Assembly (NCBI GenBank): GCA_965202675.1
Contig: OZ241842.1
Coordinates: forward strand, 2,001,962 to 2,065,961
Direction: 5' to 3'
From: Candidatus Spongiisociaceae bacterium
GTDB lineage: Bacteria; Actinomycetota; Acidimicrobiia; Spongiisociales; Spongiisociaceae
DNA: 64,000 nt
The notes under the pieces: generated by a model
Seen by the model: the letters and a program-made list of their open reading frames with translations, nothing else
What the model was told of the DNA's origin: nothing
The model's database searches: none
Shown here: piece by piece, positions 48,302 to 57,649 of the stretch
Numbering within the stretch: the first letter of the stretch is position 1
Layout of the letters: each line of letters begins with the position of its first letter
Made by a program: the position numbers and the translations under genes

Positions 48302-50379
48302 CCGGCGCGGCGGAGCGGTCGGTGCAGGTGGTGTTCACCCCCTCGGGAAGGCGGGGGCGGGTGAGGGCCGGAACCGCCGTCCTGGACGCGGCCCGCAGCC
48401 TGGGGGTGGACATCGACTCGGTGTGCGGAGGCCGGGGAATATGCGGGCGCTGCCAGATAATGCTGGGCGCGGCGGCGGGAGCGCCCTCCGCCGACGGCGC
48501 CCTTTCACCCCCCGGCCAGACGGAGATGGGCTATCGGAGCCGGCGCCGCCCCCTGCGGGAAGGCCACCGGCTCTCATGCGCCGCCCGGCTGCAGGGCGAC
48601 GCGGTTATCGACGTTCCCCCCTACAGCGCCGTGCACCGCCAAGTGGTGCGAAAACGGCCTGAGGCGGTGGACATTCCCGTGGATCCGGTGGTGCGCCTGC
48701 ACTACGTGGAGGTGGAACCCCCCGACATGCACAAGCAGGCCTCCGATCTGGCCCGGGTGCTCCAGGCGCTGGAAGGGCAGTGGGGGATCTCCGCAGAGGA
48801 GGTGGACCATCACGTGCTGGTCGGTCTGCAGGACGCCCTGCGGGAAGGCGGATGGAAGATAACGCTGGCGGTCCACGACGGGTCGGCGGTGACCGGGGTG
48901 TGGCCGGGCTTCTACGACGGTTCGGTCGGGGTGGCCATAGATGTGGGGTCGACCACCGTGGCCGGGCATCTCTGCGACCTTTCCACGGGTGAGGTGCTGG
49001 CCTCCACCGGGATGATGAACCCCCAGATCCGGTTCGGCGAGGACCTGATGAGCCGGGTTTCCTACGCGATGATGAACGAGGGGGGCGCGGAGGAGCTGAC
49101 CGGCGCGATACGGGAAGCCCTGGACCGGCTGGTGGGAGAGCTGGCGGAAGCGGCCGGGTCGGAGCGCGGCGCGGTGCTGGAGATCGCCTTGGTCGGGAAC
49201 CCCGTCATGCACCATCTGGTGCTGGGGATCGATCCGCGCCGTCTGGGGGTGGCGCCCTTCGCGTTGGCCACCGACGGGGCGGTCCGCATGGAGGCGTCGT
49301 CCGTAGGAATCGAGGCCCACCCCGGCGCCCGCCTCTACGTGCTTCCCTGCGTGGCGGGTCATGTGGGCGCCGACGCGGCCGGCGCCATGCTGTCGGAAGG
49401 CCCCCACCGCGGCCGGGACATCCAGCTGCTGGTGGACGTGGGCACCAACGCCGAGATTGTGTTGGGCAGCGCCGGGCGCCTGCTGGCCGCTTCCAGCCCC
49501 ACCGGTCCGGCCTTCGAAGGGGCCGAGATCGGTTCCGGGCAACGGGCCGCCCCCGGAGCGATCGAGCGGGTGCGCATCGACCGCCGCACCCTGGAACCCC
49601 GCTTCAGGGTGATCGGGGTGGATATGTGGTCGGACGAGGAGGGCTTCGAGGAGGCGGCCGCCGGTGCGGGGGTGACCGGGATATGCGGCTCGGGGATCAT
49701 CGAGGCGGTGGCCGAGCTGGCCCTGTCGGGGGTGGTGTCGGCGGACGGTCTGATCCTGGACACCGGACGGAGCAGGCGGGTGGCCGCGGACGGCCGCACC
49801 GCCTCCTACCTGCTGTACGAGGGGGGCTTGTCCGGCGGCGGGGGCGCCCGGATCGTCATCAGCCAGAACGACGTGAGGGCGATCCAGCTGGCCAAGGCGG
49901 CGCTCTACGCGGGGGTGCGGCTGCTCATGGATCGGCTGGGGGCGGCGGCGGTAGACGAAATCAGGCTGGCCGGCGCCTTCGGCAGCCATATCGATCCCAT
50001 ATATGCAATGGTTCTGGGCATGATCCCCGACTGCGACCCGGACAGGGTGTCGGCGGCGGGCAACGCGGCCGGCGCCGGAGCGATGATGGCCTTGCTGAGC
50101 GGCGCCGCCCGCCGGGAGGTCGAGGAGCTGGTGCGGCGGGTGGAGAAGATCGAGACGGCGGTGGCGTCCGATTTCCAGCAACATTTCGTGGAGGCGATGG
50201 CCATTCCCCATGCCGCCGCCCGCTTCGAGCAGCTGTCCGGCCGGGTGGACCTGTCGGGCATCGCGGCGGGGGACCCGTCTGCCGCCCGCCGCGGCCGCCG
50301 GTCGGGCCGGGCCGGTTCCGGGCGGGGCGGCGCCGGGGGCCGCCGTCCGGCGGCGGCCGCCCGAGAGGCGGCGGTGTGA
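48298..50379 (+). CDS. RamA-like corrinoid reductive activase (N-terminal 2Fe-2S ferredoxin + ASKHA ATPase domain)
   Basis: The N-terminal cysteines CGGRGICGRCQ are followed by a large ASKHA domain (GIAIDVGSTTVAG...LVDVGTNAEIV). Confidence 0.8.
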   Translation: MTGAAERSVQVVFTPSGRRGRVRAGTAVLDAARSLGVDIDSVCGGRGICGRCQIMLGAAAGAPSADGALSPPGQTEMGYRSRRRPLREGHRLSCAARLQGDAVIDVPPYSAVHRQVVRKRPEAVDIPVDPVVRLHYVEVEPPDMHKQASDLARVLQALEGQWGISAEEVDHHVLVGLQDALREGGWKITLAVHDGSAVTGVWPGFYDGSVGVAIDVGSTTVAGHLCDLSTGEVLASTGMMNPQIRFGEDLMSRVSYAMMNEGGAEELTGAIREALDRLVGELAEAAGSERGAVLEIALVGNPVMHHLVLGIDPRRLGVAPFALATDGAVRMEASSVGIEAHPGARLYVLPCVAGHVGADAAGAMLSEGPHRGRDIQLLVDVGTNAEIVLGSAGRLLAASSPTGPAFEGAEIGSGQRAAPGAIERVRIDRRTLEPRFRVIGVDMWSDEEGFEEAAAGAGVTGICGSGIIEAVAELALSGVVSADGLILDTGRSRRVAADGRTASYLLYEGGLSGGGGARIVISQNDVRAIQLAKAALYAGVRLLMDRLGAAAVDEIRLAGAFGSHIDPIYAMVLGMIPDCDPDRVSAAGNAAGAGAMMALLSGAARREVEELVRRVEKIETAVASDFQQHFVEAMAIPHAAARFEQLSGRVDLSGIAAGDPSAARRGRRSGRAGSGRGGAGGRRPAAAAREAAV

Positions 50380-51914
50380 ACGCCCGGCGGGGCCGCAGAG
50401 CCGGCGGCCGGGCGGCGCGCCAGGCGCAGCGGACGGCCCGCGTGATCGAGCAGCAGCCCTTCCTGGTCCGCAGGATCAGCCCCGCAGAGGTGCTGTCGGA
50501 GGAGGGCGTCGAGATCATCGAGCACAACGCCGACACCCTGCTCGAGGAGGCGGGCGTCGAGATCATGGACTATCCGGAGGCGCTGTCCATCTACGCCGGG
50601 GCGGGCGCCGAGGTGGACGGAACCAGGGTTCGTTTTCCCAGGGGCATGTGCCGGGAGCTCATAACCGCTTCGGCGCCGGAGGTGTTCACCCACCACGCCC
50701 GCAACCCGGAACGGTCGGTGTCGATCGGAGACCCGTACACGGTTTTCGCCCCCGCCTACGGACCGCCCTTCGTGCGGGACCTGGAAGGGGGCCGCCGCTA
50801 CGCCACCCTCGGGGACTTCGAGAACTTCGCCAAGCTGACCCACATGTCCCCGGCGCTCCACCACGGCGGAGGGACCCTGTGCGAGCCGGTGGACCGCCCG
50901 GTCAACAAGCGCCACTACGACATGATCTACTCCCATGTCGTCTACCACGACAAGCCGTTCATGTCGTCCGTTACCCAGCCCGAACGAGCCCAGGACTCGG
51001 TGGATATGGCCAAGATCGTGTTCGGCGGGGACTTCGTGCAGAACAACACGGTCCTGATCGGCCTCTGCAACGCCAACTCCCCGATGACCTGGGACCTCGC
51101 CATGCTGGGATCGGCCAAGGTGCTGGCCGAGAACAACCAGTGCGCCCTGATAACCCCGTTCATCGTCGCCGGGGCCATGTCGCCGGTTACGGTGGCGGCT
51201 ACCGCAACCCAGACCCTGGCCGAGGCGATGGCGGGTATGGCCTTCACCCAGATCGTCCGGCCCGGCGCTCCGGTCATATTCGGCTCGTTCGCCGCTTCGA
51301 TGTCGATGCAGAGCGGCGCCCCCACCTTCGGAACCCCGGAGACGGCCTTGGTGCTGGGATCGGTCAAACAGCTGGCGGTGCGGCTGGGGGTGCCGTTCCG
51401 ATCGGGCGGCGCCCTGACCGCCTCCAAGATTCCAGACGCCCAGGCGGCCTATGAAAGCATTATGACCCTTCTGCCCGCGGTCGGGGCCGGCGTCAACTTC
51501 GTTCTGCACTCCGCCGGATGGCTCGAGGGCGGCCTCACGATGGGTTACGAGAAGTTCGTTCTCGACGCAGATCAGGCCTCAATGATGAACCGGCTGACGG
51601 GCGGGGTGGATCTGAGCGAGAACGGCCTGGCGTTGGAGGCCTTGCTGACCAACGGCCCCGGCGGGCATTTCCTGGGCGCCGAACACACCATGGAGAACTT
51701 CGAACAGGCATTCTGGGTGTCGGAGTTGGCCGATGCGGACAGCTTCGAGCAGTGGGAGATCGACGGCGCCCTTGATTCCATCGACCGGGCCAACCGGAAA
51801 TGGAAGCAGATGCTGGCCGAATACCAGCCGCCGCCGCTCGATCAAGCGGTGCACCAGGAGCTGACCGAGTGGATCGCCGCCCGCAAGGCCTCGTTCCCCG
51901 ACTCCGATTACTGA
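50376..51914 (+). CDS. Non-pyrrolysine MttB-superfamily methyltransferase (quaternary amine:corrinoid methyltransferase, MtgB/MtcB-like)
   Basis: This 512-aa TIM-barrel MttB-family protein has no in-frame TAG, so it belongs to the non-Pyl clade. It starts at GTG overlapping the ramA stop. Confidence 0.8.
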   Translation: MNARRGRRAGGRAARQAQRTARVIEQQPFLVRRISPAEVLSEEGVEIIEHNADTLLEEAGVEIMDYPEALSIYAGAGAEVDGTRVRFPRGMCRELITASAPEVFTHHARNPERSVSIGDPYTVFAPAYGPPFVRDLEGGRRYATLGDFENFAKLTHMSPALHHGGGTLCEPVDRPVNKRHYDMIYSHVVYHDKPFMSSVTQPERAQDSVDMAKIVFGGDFVQNNTVLIGLCNANSPMTWDLAMLGSAKVLAENNQCALITPFIVAGAMSPVTVAATATQTLAEAMAGMAFTQIVRPGAPVIFGSFAASMSMQSGAPTFGTPETALVLGSVKQLAVRLGVPFRSGGALTASKIPDAQAAYESIMTLLPAVGAGVNFVLHSAGWLEGGLTMGYEKFVLDADQASMMNRLTGGVDLSENGLALEALLTNGPGGHFLGAEHTMENFEQAFWVSELADADSFEQWEIDGALDSIDRANRKWKQMLAEYQPPPLDQAVHQELTEWIAARKASFPDSDY

Positions 51915-52029
51915 TGGGCTGCTCGAAGGCGTTCGTGCGGTTGCGGCGGAGGGCCTGCTCCTTCTTCCCGGCCCGGATCGGGGGAACCGTCCGCCTCCGC
52001 CCTCTCGGGCCGCCCCTCTAGGGCAGGGC

Positions 52030-52884
52030 GTGGCAGGCCGCCGGCGCCGCCTCGACGGATTCGCCAGAGCCGCCCTCCGGCGGGCTCTGGAAACCCCCAA
52101 ATTCGAGGTGCTTCCCCTCAAAGGAGTGCTGGACCAGGCGGGGATCCTGCCGGAGGGGGCGCAGGTGTCGGTTACCGCCTCTCCTACCAAGACCATGGAA
52201 GACACCATGAACCTGGCCGCCGACCTGCGGCAGCAGGGGTTCGACGTGATACCGCACCTGTCGGCCCGCATGACCCACGACCGGTCGCATCTGGCCTCGC
52301 TCCTGCGGCGGATGGAGGACCTGGAGATATCCCGGGTTTTCGTGGTGGGGGGAGACGCTTCCCAGCGGGGGGATTTCCGGGATTCCTTCTCCTTGCTGCT
52401 GGCCATGGAGGAGATGGGGCACCACCTGACCGAGCTGGGGGTTACGGCCTACCCGGAGGGGCATTCTCTGATATCGGACGACCTGCTGCGGCAGGATCTG
52501 CACAACAAGCAGCCCTACGCCGCCTATATGACCACCCAGATGTGCTTCGACGGGAGGGCCATCGCCGATTTCTTGGCCGGATGCCGGGCCGACGGCGTTT
52601 CCCTGCCGGCGCGGATTGGGATTCCGGGGGTGGGCGACCGGCTGAAGTTGATGAGAATATCTACCCGGATCGGGGTGGGGCAGTCGGTGCGGTTCCTCAC
52701 CAAGCACCGGGGGATGCTGGGGAGGTTCATCCGTCCGGGCGGCTACACACCCGAGGACCTGTTGAGGAGCCTCGCCCCGGTCTTCGCCGCCCCGGAGGCC
52801 GCCGTCATCGGGGTGCATATCTACACTTTCAACCAGTGCGAGACCACCGAGCGGTGGCGGCAGGAGTACCTGGAGAGCCTGTAG
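52030..52884 (+). CDS. metF: 5,10-methylenetetrahydrofolate reductase
   Basis: The MetF fold is present (SVTASP...VIPHLSAR...VFVVGGD...). Length is 284 aa. Confidence 0.8.
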   Translation: MAGRRRRLDGFARAALRRALETPKFEVLPLKGVLDQAGILPEGAQVSVTASPTKTMEDTMNLAADLRQQGFDVIPHLSARMTHDRSHLASLLRRMEDLEISRVFVVGGDASQRGDFRDSFSLLLAMEEMGHHLTELGVTAYPEGHSLISDDLLRQDLHNKQPYAAYMTTQMCFDGRAIADFLAGCRADGVSLPARIGIPGVGDRLKLMRISTRIGVGQSVRFLTKHRGMLGRFIRPGGYTPEDLLRSLAPVFAAPEAAVIGVHIYTFNQCETTERWRQEYLESL

Positions 52885-52936
52885 AGGGCCCCGCCCCGCG
52901 GCCGCAAAAGGGTTGCGGGCCCCAGGACGTCCGGCC

Positions 52937-54691
52937 ATGACCAGCCCCTCATCCCCGGAAGGCCCGGCCGCCCGGTTCGACGACCGGCGCGGCGGCGGCG
53001 CCTTGGAGCTGCGCGATCCCTACCGGGTGCTTGTTGCCTTCCGGTCCGACCAGGCGGCGGATGTGATCGCCGAGGCCGAGGCCGAGGCCCGTTCGGGCGG
53101 CTGGGTGGCCGGGTGCGTCGCCTACGAGGCGGCCCCCGCCTTCGACCGCGCCCTGACGGTCCGCCCGCCCGGCTCCGACCTGCCCCTCGCCTGGTTCGCG
53201 GCCTTCCGGACGGCGGCGCCCGAACCCGCCCGGCGGGGCGGGCCGTACCGTACGGCTCCTTGGCGGCCCGAGATATCCGAGGCCGGGTACATGGAGGACG
53301 CGGCCGCCGTACAGGAACTGATCGCGGCGGGCGACACCTACCAGGCCAACTACACGTTTCGCCTGCGGGGAAGGGTGGAGGGCGACCTGCGGTCCGTCTA
53401 CGCCGATCTGCTCGACGCCCAGGGCGGCGGCCACCACGCCTACCTGGAGACGGGAAACCGCACGGTGGTATCCGCCTCGCCCGAGCTGTTCTTCCGCTGG
53501 GACGGCAGGCGGATAGAGACCAGGCCCATGAAGGGGACCGCCGCCCGCGGACGCTGGGAGCAGGAGGACCGGGCCAACCGGGAGCGGCTGCTGTCGTCCG
53601 GGAAGGACCGGGCCGAGAACGTGATGATCGTCGATCTGTTGCGCAACGACCTGGGAAAGGCCGCCCGGTTCGGAACGGTCGGAGTTGAGCGCCTGTTCGA
53701 GATCGAACGGTTCGAGACGGTCTGGCAGATGACCTCGACGGTGGCCGCCGAAACCCGGCCCGGAGTGGGCCTGTTCGACATCTTCGCCGCCATGTTTCCG
53801 TGCGGTTCGGTCACCGGCGCCCCGAAGGCGAGGACCATGGAGATCATCTCCGATCTGGAGGCTTCCCCGCGGGGCGTCTACTGCGGGGCGATCGGGTTGC
53901 TCGCCCCGCCGGGGTCGGGGCGCCCCCGGGCCGAGTTCTCGGTGGCGATCAGAACCCTGGTCGTCGACGGGCGGGACGGCTCGGCCGAGTACGGGGTGGG
54001 CGGCGGGGTGGTGCACGAGTCCGTGGCGGCCGAGGAATACCGGGAGGCGATGGTCAAGGCAAGGGTGCTGCATCGCCGCAGGAAACCCTTGACGCTGCTG
54101 GAGACGATGCGCTGGGACCCGGAAACGGGGGTATGGCTGCTCGACCGTCATATGGACCGCCTCCGCTCCTCCGCCCGCTACCTGGGCGTCGAGCTTCCCG
54201 AAGCGGAGATCCTCGCCCTGATCGAGGGCGTCGGGGGCGTCCGCCCGTTGCGGATCCGGTTGCTGGTGCCGGAGGCCGGGCCGCCGCGCCTCGAAGCGGC
54301 GCCGCTGGCCGTCCTGCCCCCGGCGGCGGGCCTCGCCCTGGACGACCGTCCGGTCGACCGCTCCGACTTCCTCCGTTACCACAAGACCACCCGCCGGGGC
54401 CCCTACGAGGCGGCGGCGGCCCGGCATCCGGAGGCCGACGACGTGGTGCTGGTCAACGACCTCGGCGAGGTGGTGGAGACCACCGTCGCCAACCTGGCCG
54501 TGCGGCTCGGGGAGGAGTGGTTGACCCCGCCCCTGGAAGCCGGATGCCTTCCCGGCGTCTACCGGGGAGAGCTTCTCGACCGGGGCCTTCTGATCGAACA
54601 GCCGGTGCCGATAGACGCCCTTCTAGCAGCCGACGAAATCGCAGTGCTCAACTCGGTTCAGGGCCGCCGGTCCGCCAAGCTGCTCGGTTAG
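52937..54691 (+). CDS. pabB: Aminodeoxychorismate synthase component I fused to aminodeoxychorismate lyase (PabB-PabC)
   Basis: Chorismate-binding domain motifs are present (PELFF...RPMKGTAARG...NVMIVDLLRNDL...FPCGSVTGAPK). The C-terminal roughly 200 aa form a class-IV aminotransferase-like PabC domain. Confidence 0.8.
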   Translation: MTSPSSPEGPAARFDDRRGGGALELRDPYRVLVAFRSDQAADVIAEAEAEARSGGWVAGCVAYEAAPAFDRALTVRPPGSDLPLAWFAAFRTAAPEPARRGGPYRTAPWRPEISEAGYMEDAAAVQELIAAGDTYQANYTFRLRGRVEGDLRSVYADLLDAQGGGHHAYLETGNRTVVSASPELFFRWDGRRIETRPMKGTAARGRWEQEDRANRERLLSSGKDRAENVMIVDLLRNDLGKAARFGTVGVERLFEIERFETVWQMTSTVAAETRPGVGLFDIFAAMFPCGSVTGAPKARTMEIISDLEASPRGVYCGAIGLLAPPGSGRPRAEFSVAIRTLVVDGRDGSAEYGVGGGVVHESVAAEEYREAMVKARVLHRRRKPLTLLETMRWDPETGVWLLDRHMDRLRSSARYLGVELPEAEILALIEGVGGVRPLRIRLLVPEAGPPRLEAAPLAVLPPAAGLALDDRPVDRSDFLRYHKTTRRGPYEAAAARHPEADDVVLVNDLGEVVETTVANLAVRLGEEWLTPPLEAGCLPGVYRGELLDRGLLIEQPVPIDALLAADEIAVLNSVQGRRSAKLLG

Positions 54692-54837
54692 CTGTGCTTC
54701 CCATGGACGTGGTTGACAGTTTTGGCGGCGGGGTGGCAGGCCGCCCCCGGACGGTCGACCTTCGACCCCGGTCCCCTTGATCACGGGAGGAGCCCTCCGG
54801 GCCGTTGTAGGAGCATATCGTCAGGTGTACGCAACAC

Positions 54838-55608
54838 GTGGAAGGGGAGAGCGGGTCCCTTGCGGAACCGGGCTCTCCCCGGGTAGAATTGTTTGCTCTG
54901 CAACAGTATAGCAGGAAAATGACCGCATTGGAAGCACCGCATCTGGTCATCGGCCGACTGCGCGACTACTTCGCGCGCAGAACCAACTGGCAACGCCGAC
55001 TCTGGAATCCAGGAACCGTCACTGTACTACAGGAGACTTTGGAAGCGGTTCAGCTACTTGAGGGTGAACAAGTCGCTCTAGATGGGTAGCTCCAAGGTTG
55101 CCATGACTAGAAAGGGTATATAATCATAGTTTAGATTGATTACAAAGCATATGATAACCAGGATGATGACGAATGAGCCGCTTAGCTCGGCTCCTCGGCG
55201 ATTGGGCTGTGCCTGTAATCGGCGTGTTTCCGCGGTTGGTCGGCGGAAACAAAACCCTTATCCCTTGGAACTACCCATCTAGGGGCCGTTGAAGCCTTGG
55301 CGAGAACAGCGGAGCGGCGAGCTGGACCGGATTCTGGGATTGGTACTACGGCTAAACGAAAGGCTATCACCGAGACCCTCCGTAAGGTAAGCAAAAGCCA
55401 GATGGTCAGGTATCAGTTTGAGTATCTCCTCCGGGGGGTTGGTGATGGTTACCTGCAACGTTGGTCGGAGAAACTGAGGGACCAGCCAGATAAGATCAAG
55501 ACCGAAGAGGCTTCACGATTAGTGGCGGGGCACCTACTCGGTCTAGGTTTCAGCCCCGATAAGCTCCATCGGTGGTCAACTTGGCTATATAGGCAAAGAC
55601 AGCCCTAA
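54838..55608 (+). pseudogene. Small ORF (~185 aa, unknown function) interrupted in frame by a MITE-like element
   Basis: ORF 54838-55089 stops at the TAG inside the left TIR. ORF 55297-55608 resumes in the same frame. Removing 55078-55278 rejoins them as ...EGEQVAL/GAVEALARTAE.... Confidence 0.45.
55078..55282. mobile_element. MITE-like 205-bp nonautonomous element with 20-bp terminal inverted repeats (CTAGATGGGTAG[C/T]TCCAAGG) and CTAG/TA target duplication
   Basis: The ends are near-perfect inverted repeats (1 mismatch). The interior is AT-rich and non-coding, and the insertion is in frame in the host ORF. Confidence 0.55.
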
Positions 55609-55963
55609 ACGCTAGCAGATCTATTCGAGGAAGCCGAAGCCTTGGCGCGTTCAAGGAAGGCCGAGTGGGTGGTGTTTATCCCGTTCCGAGCCCTTGGGCG
55701 GCATGGCCAAACAATGCCAGACGAGTGGCTTGACCTAGGATAGGCGAGCCGATGGTTGTTAGATCATGTTGGAAGTGTCAAAATACGGTCACTGATCTGG
55801 TTGCTCTTTATGGTATTGGCTGAAACCAACTCTCTCTTCATGCCTTCAAGTACGGGCAGATGCGGTTGCCAATGGGTGGGATGGCTCGTTGCCGAGGGTA
55901 GCCTTGCCCCCGCTGGTGGTTTCATCCTTGAGAAACCTTACGGTTTTAAGGTCCGGTCCCGGT

Positions 55964-57274
55964 TCAACCAAGGGGCAGGGGCGGATGGTCGGGTTGGGGC
56001 AGTCCGGGGCCCCATAGGCCGGCGATCGGGGCGGCTTCTACGCCGCGGTCGAGCTCGTACCGGTGCGGCCCGGTGTGGAATAGCACTCCGCCGTGGAAGC
56101 GGTCTCCGGCTACTTTGTCCCGGAACCAGATCAGGTGGCGGGCATCCGACCGGGTGGGGGCGCGGCCGGCCTTGAACTCGAAGGCGAAGAGCTTCATTCC
56201 GCGCTCGGCCACCAGGTCGATCTCGCGGTCTCCGTTGGCGGTGCGGAGGTGGTACAGCCGCACCCTTCCGTCCGCTTCGGCCTCCACCCGGAGCTGGGCC
56301 GTTATGAAGGTGTCGAGCATCCGGCCCCTCAGATCGGCATCGGAATAGACATCGTCGACGGTCAGATTCAAGGCGGCGCAGGCCAGGCCGGGGTCGGTGA
56401 ACTGGCGCTTGACCCGGTCGACCAGCAGGCGTTTCTGCCGGTTGCCGGTCCAGGGAGGGAGCTCGTCGACAATCCCGAGCGTTGTCAAGGCGTAGAGGTA
56501 GCCGTTGGCGGTGCGTTGGTCGATCCCGACCCGCCCGTGGATGGTCGAGTGCGGTGCCACCCCCGCGGTGTTGAGGGCGTAGGATTCCATGTAGGAGCGG
56601 AAGAGCCGGGCGTCCTTGGGCCGGCCGGTGTCGGCGGCCAGCGAGCGCAGGTCGCGATTGACTATGGCCTCCGAATAGGAACGGAGCCATTGCGCCCGCT
56701 CGCGGCCACCCGGTATTGCGATGGCCTCGGGGAAACCGCTCGCCAGAGCTGTCTCGAGGTACTCGCGCAGTCCGGGCGGGTCGGCGGGTACGCTGAACCG
56801 CCGGTCTCGGTCGTTCCACCGCTCGAACAAGGACGGGGCCGCCGCCGACCCGAAGCGTTCCCGCCCCGTGATGCCCCAGAGGCGTTGACGGACGAGCCTG
56901 CCCGTGCCCGGCCACATATCGGTCAGCAGGTCGTTGCGGGCCGAACCCGTCACGATGAACCTTCCGGGGGCCGGATGGTCGTCGACCTTTCGCTTCACCG
57001 CCCTCAGGACATCGGGGACCAGCTGCCATTCGTCGATCAACAAAGGGGGTTGCCCGGTTGCCGCCGCTATGGGGTCGGCCCGGCACAGGTCCTGATCGTC
57101 GGGGTCGTCGAGGCGCAGCTGCGACGCCGAGAACTCGAGGCCGGTGCGGGTCTTTCCGGCAGCTCGCGGGCCGGTGATGAGCATCCCCGGGAAGTTGTCC
57201 AGGCCCGTTCGGAGGGCGCGGTCGATTATGCGCGGGCGGTACGGCCTCGCACCGGGCGCGTCGTCACCCGGCAT
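55964..57274 (-). CDS. AAA_14/DUF4143-family ATPase (paralog of 37498-39546)
   Basis: It has a Walker A motif (ITGPRAAGKTRT) and a DUF4143-like C-terminal part. Length is 436 aa. Confidence 0.7.
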   Translation of the reverse strand: MPGDDAPGARPYRPRIIDRALRTGLDNFPGMLITGPRAAGKTRTGLEFSASQLRLDDPDDQDLCRADPIAAATGQPPLLIDEWQLVPDVLRAVKRKVDDHPAPGRFIVTGSARNDLLTDMWPGTGRLVRQRLWGITGRERFGSAAAPSLFERWNDRDRRFSVPADPPGLREYLETALASGFPEAIAIPGGRERAQWLRSYSEAIVNRDLRSLAADTGRPKDARLFRSYMESYALNTAGVAPHSTIHGRVGIDQRTANGYLYALTTLGIVDELPPWTGNRQKRLLVDRVKRQFTDPGLACAALNLTVDDVYSDADLRGRMLDTFITAQLRVEAEADGRVRLYHLRTANGDREIDLVAERGMKLFAFEFKAGRAPTRSDARHLIWFRDKVAGDRFHGGVLFHTGPHRYELDRGVEAAPIAGLWGPGLPQPDHPPLPLG

Positions 57275-57299
57275 GAACTCGAACCAAGCAGTTCATGCG

Positions 57300-57560
57300 C
57301 TTCCTGGCCTCATGGTTCATGTATCTCCCGCATGGCGGTTCGTGCGGCTCTGGCATGGTAGTTTATGCTTCTCCCGCATAGTAGTTTATGCATCTGCGGC
57401 ATGGTGGTTCATGTATCTCTCGCATGGCGGTTCGTGCGGCTCTGGCATGGTAGTTTATGCTTCTCCCGCATAGTAGTTTATGCATCTGCGGCATGGTGGT
57501 TCATGTATCTCTCGCATGGCGGTTCGTGCGGCTCTGGCATGGTAGTTTATGCTTCTCCCG
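57300..57560. repeat. Tandem array: ~11 abutting copies of a degenerate 23-bp unit (CATGGNGGTTYRTGYNTCTSNSG), organised as ~2.8 copies of a 92-bp higher-order repeat
   Basis: The 92-bp block recurs at about 57365, 57457 and partly at 57549. It lies between the divergent ATPase (-) and FAH (+) genes. The units abut with no spacers. Confidence 0.8.
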
Positions 57561-57649
57561 CACGTGTGGCCCCGCCCGCCGCCTCCTTCTTTCGACCGGT
57601 GGCCGTTCCTATACAATCACCGCCCGGACGAGCAGGAAGGAAATCAAAG

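Noticed and set aside
49626-50375. N-terminal 250 codons of ORF 49626-51914
   Set aside because: It lies in another frame of the RamA-like gene and is pure Gly/Arg low complexity. The MttB-family protein starts at GTG 50376.
50376-51914. Pyrrolysine (amber) codon in the MttB-family gene
   Set aside because: The reading frame is uninterrupted with no in-frame TAG, so this is a non-Pyl MttB-superfamily member rather than a genuine trimethylamine methyltransferase.
54838-55089. The 83-aa ORF treated as a standalone small protein
   Set aside because: Its stop codon is supplied by the MITE terminal repeat and the frame continues after the element, so it is a fragment of a disrupted ORF.
55756-57086. 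Plus 139-aa and minus 382-aa ORFs
   Set aside because: They overlap or are antisense to the DUF4143 ATPase gene and have an Arg/Gly/Pro artifact composition.
57300-57560. Possible CRISPR array
   Set aside because: The repeats abut with no spacers, the units are degenerate, and no cas genes are present. This is a tandem satellite or iteron array, not CRISPR.
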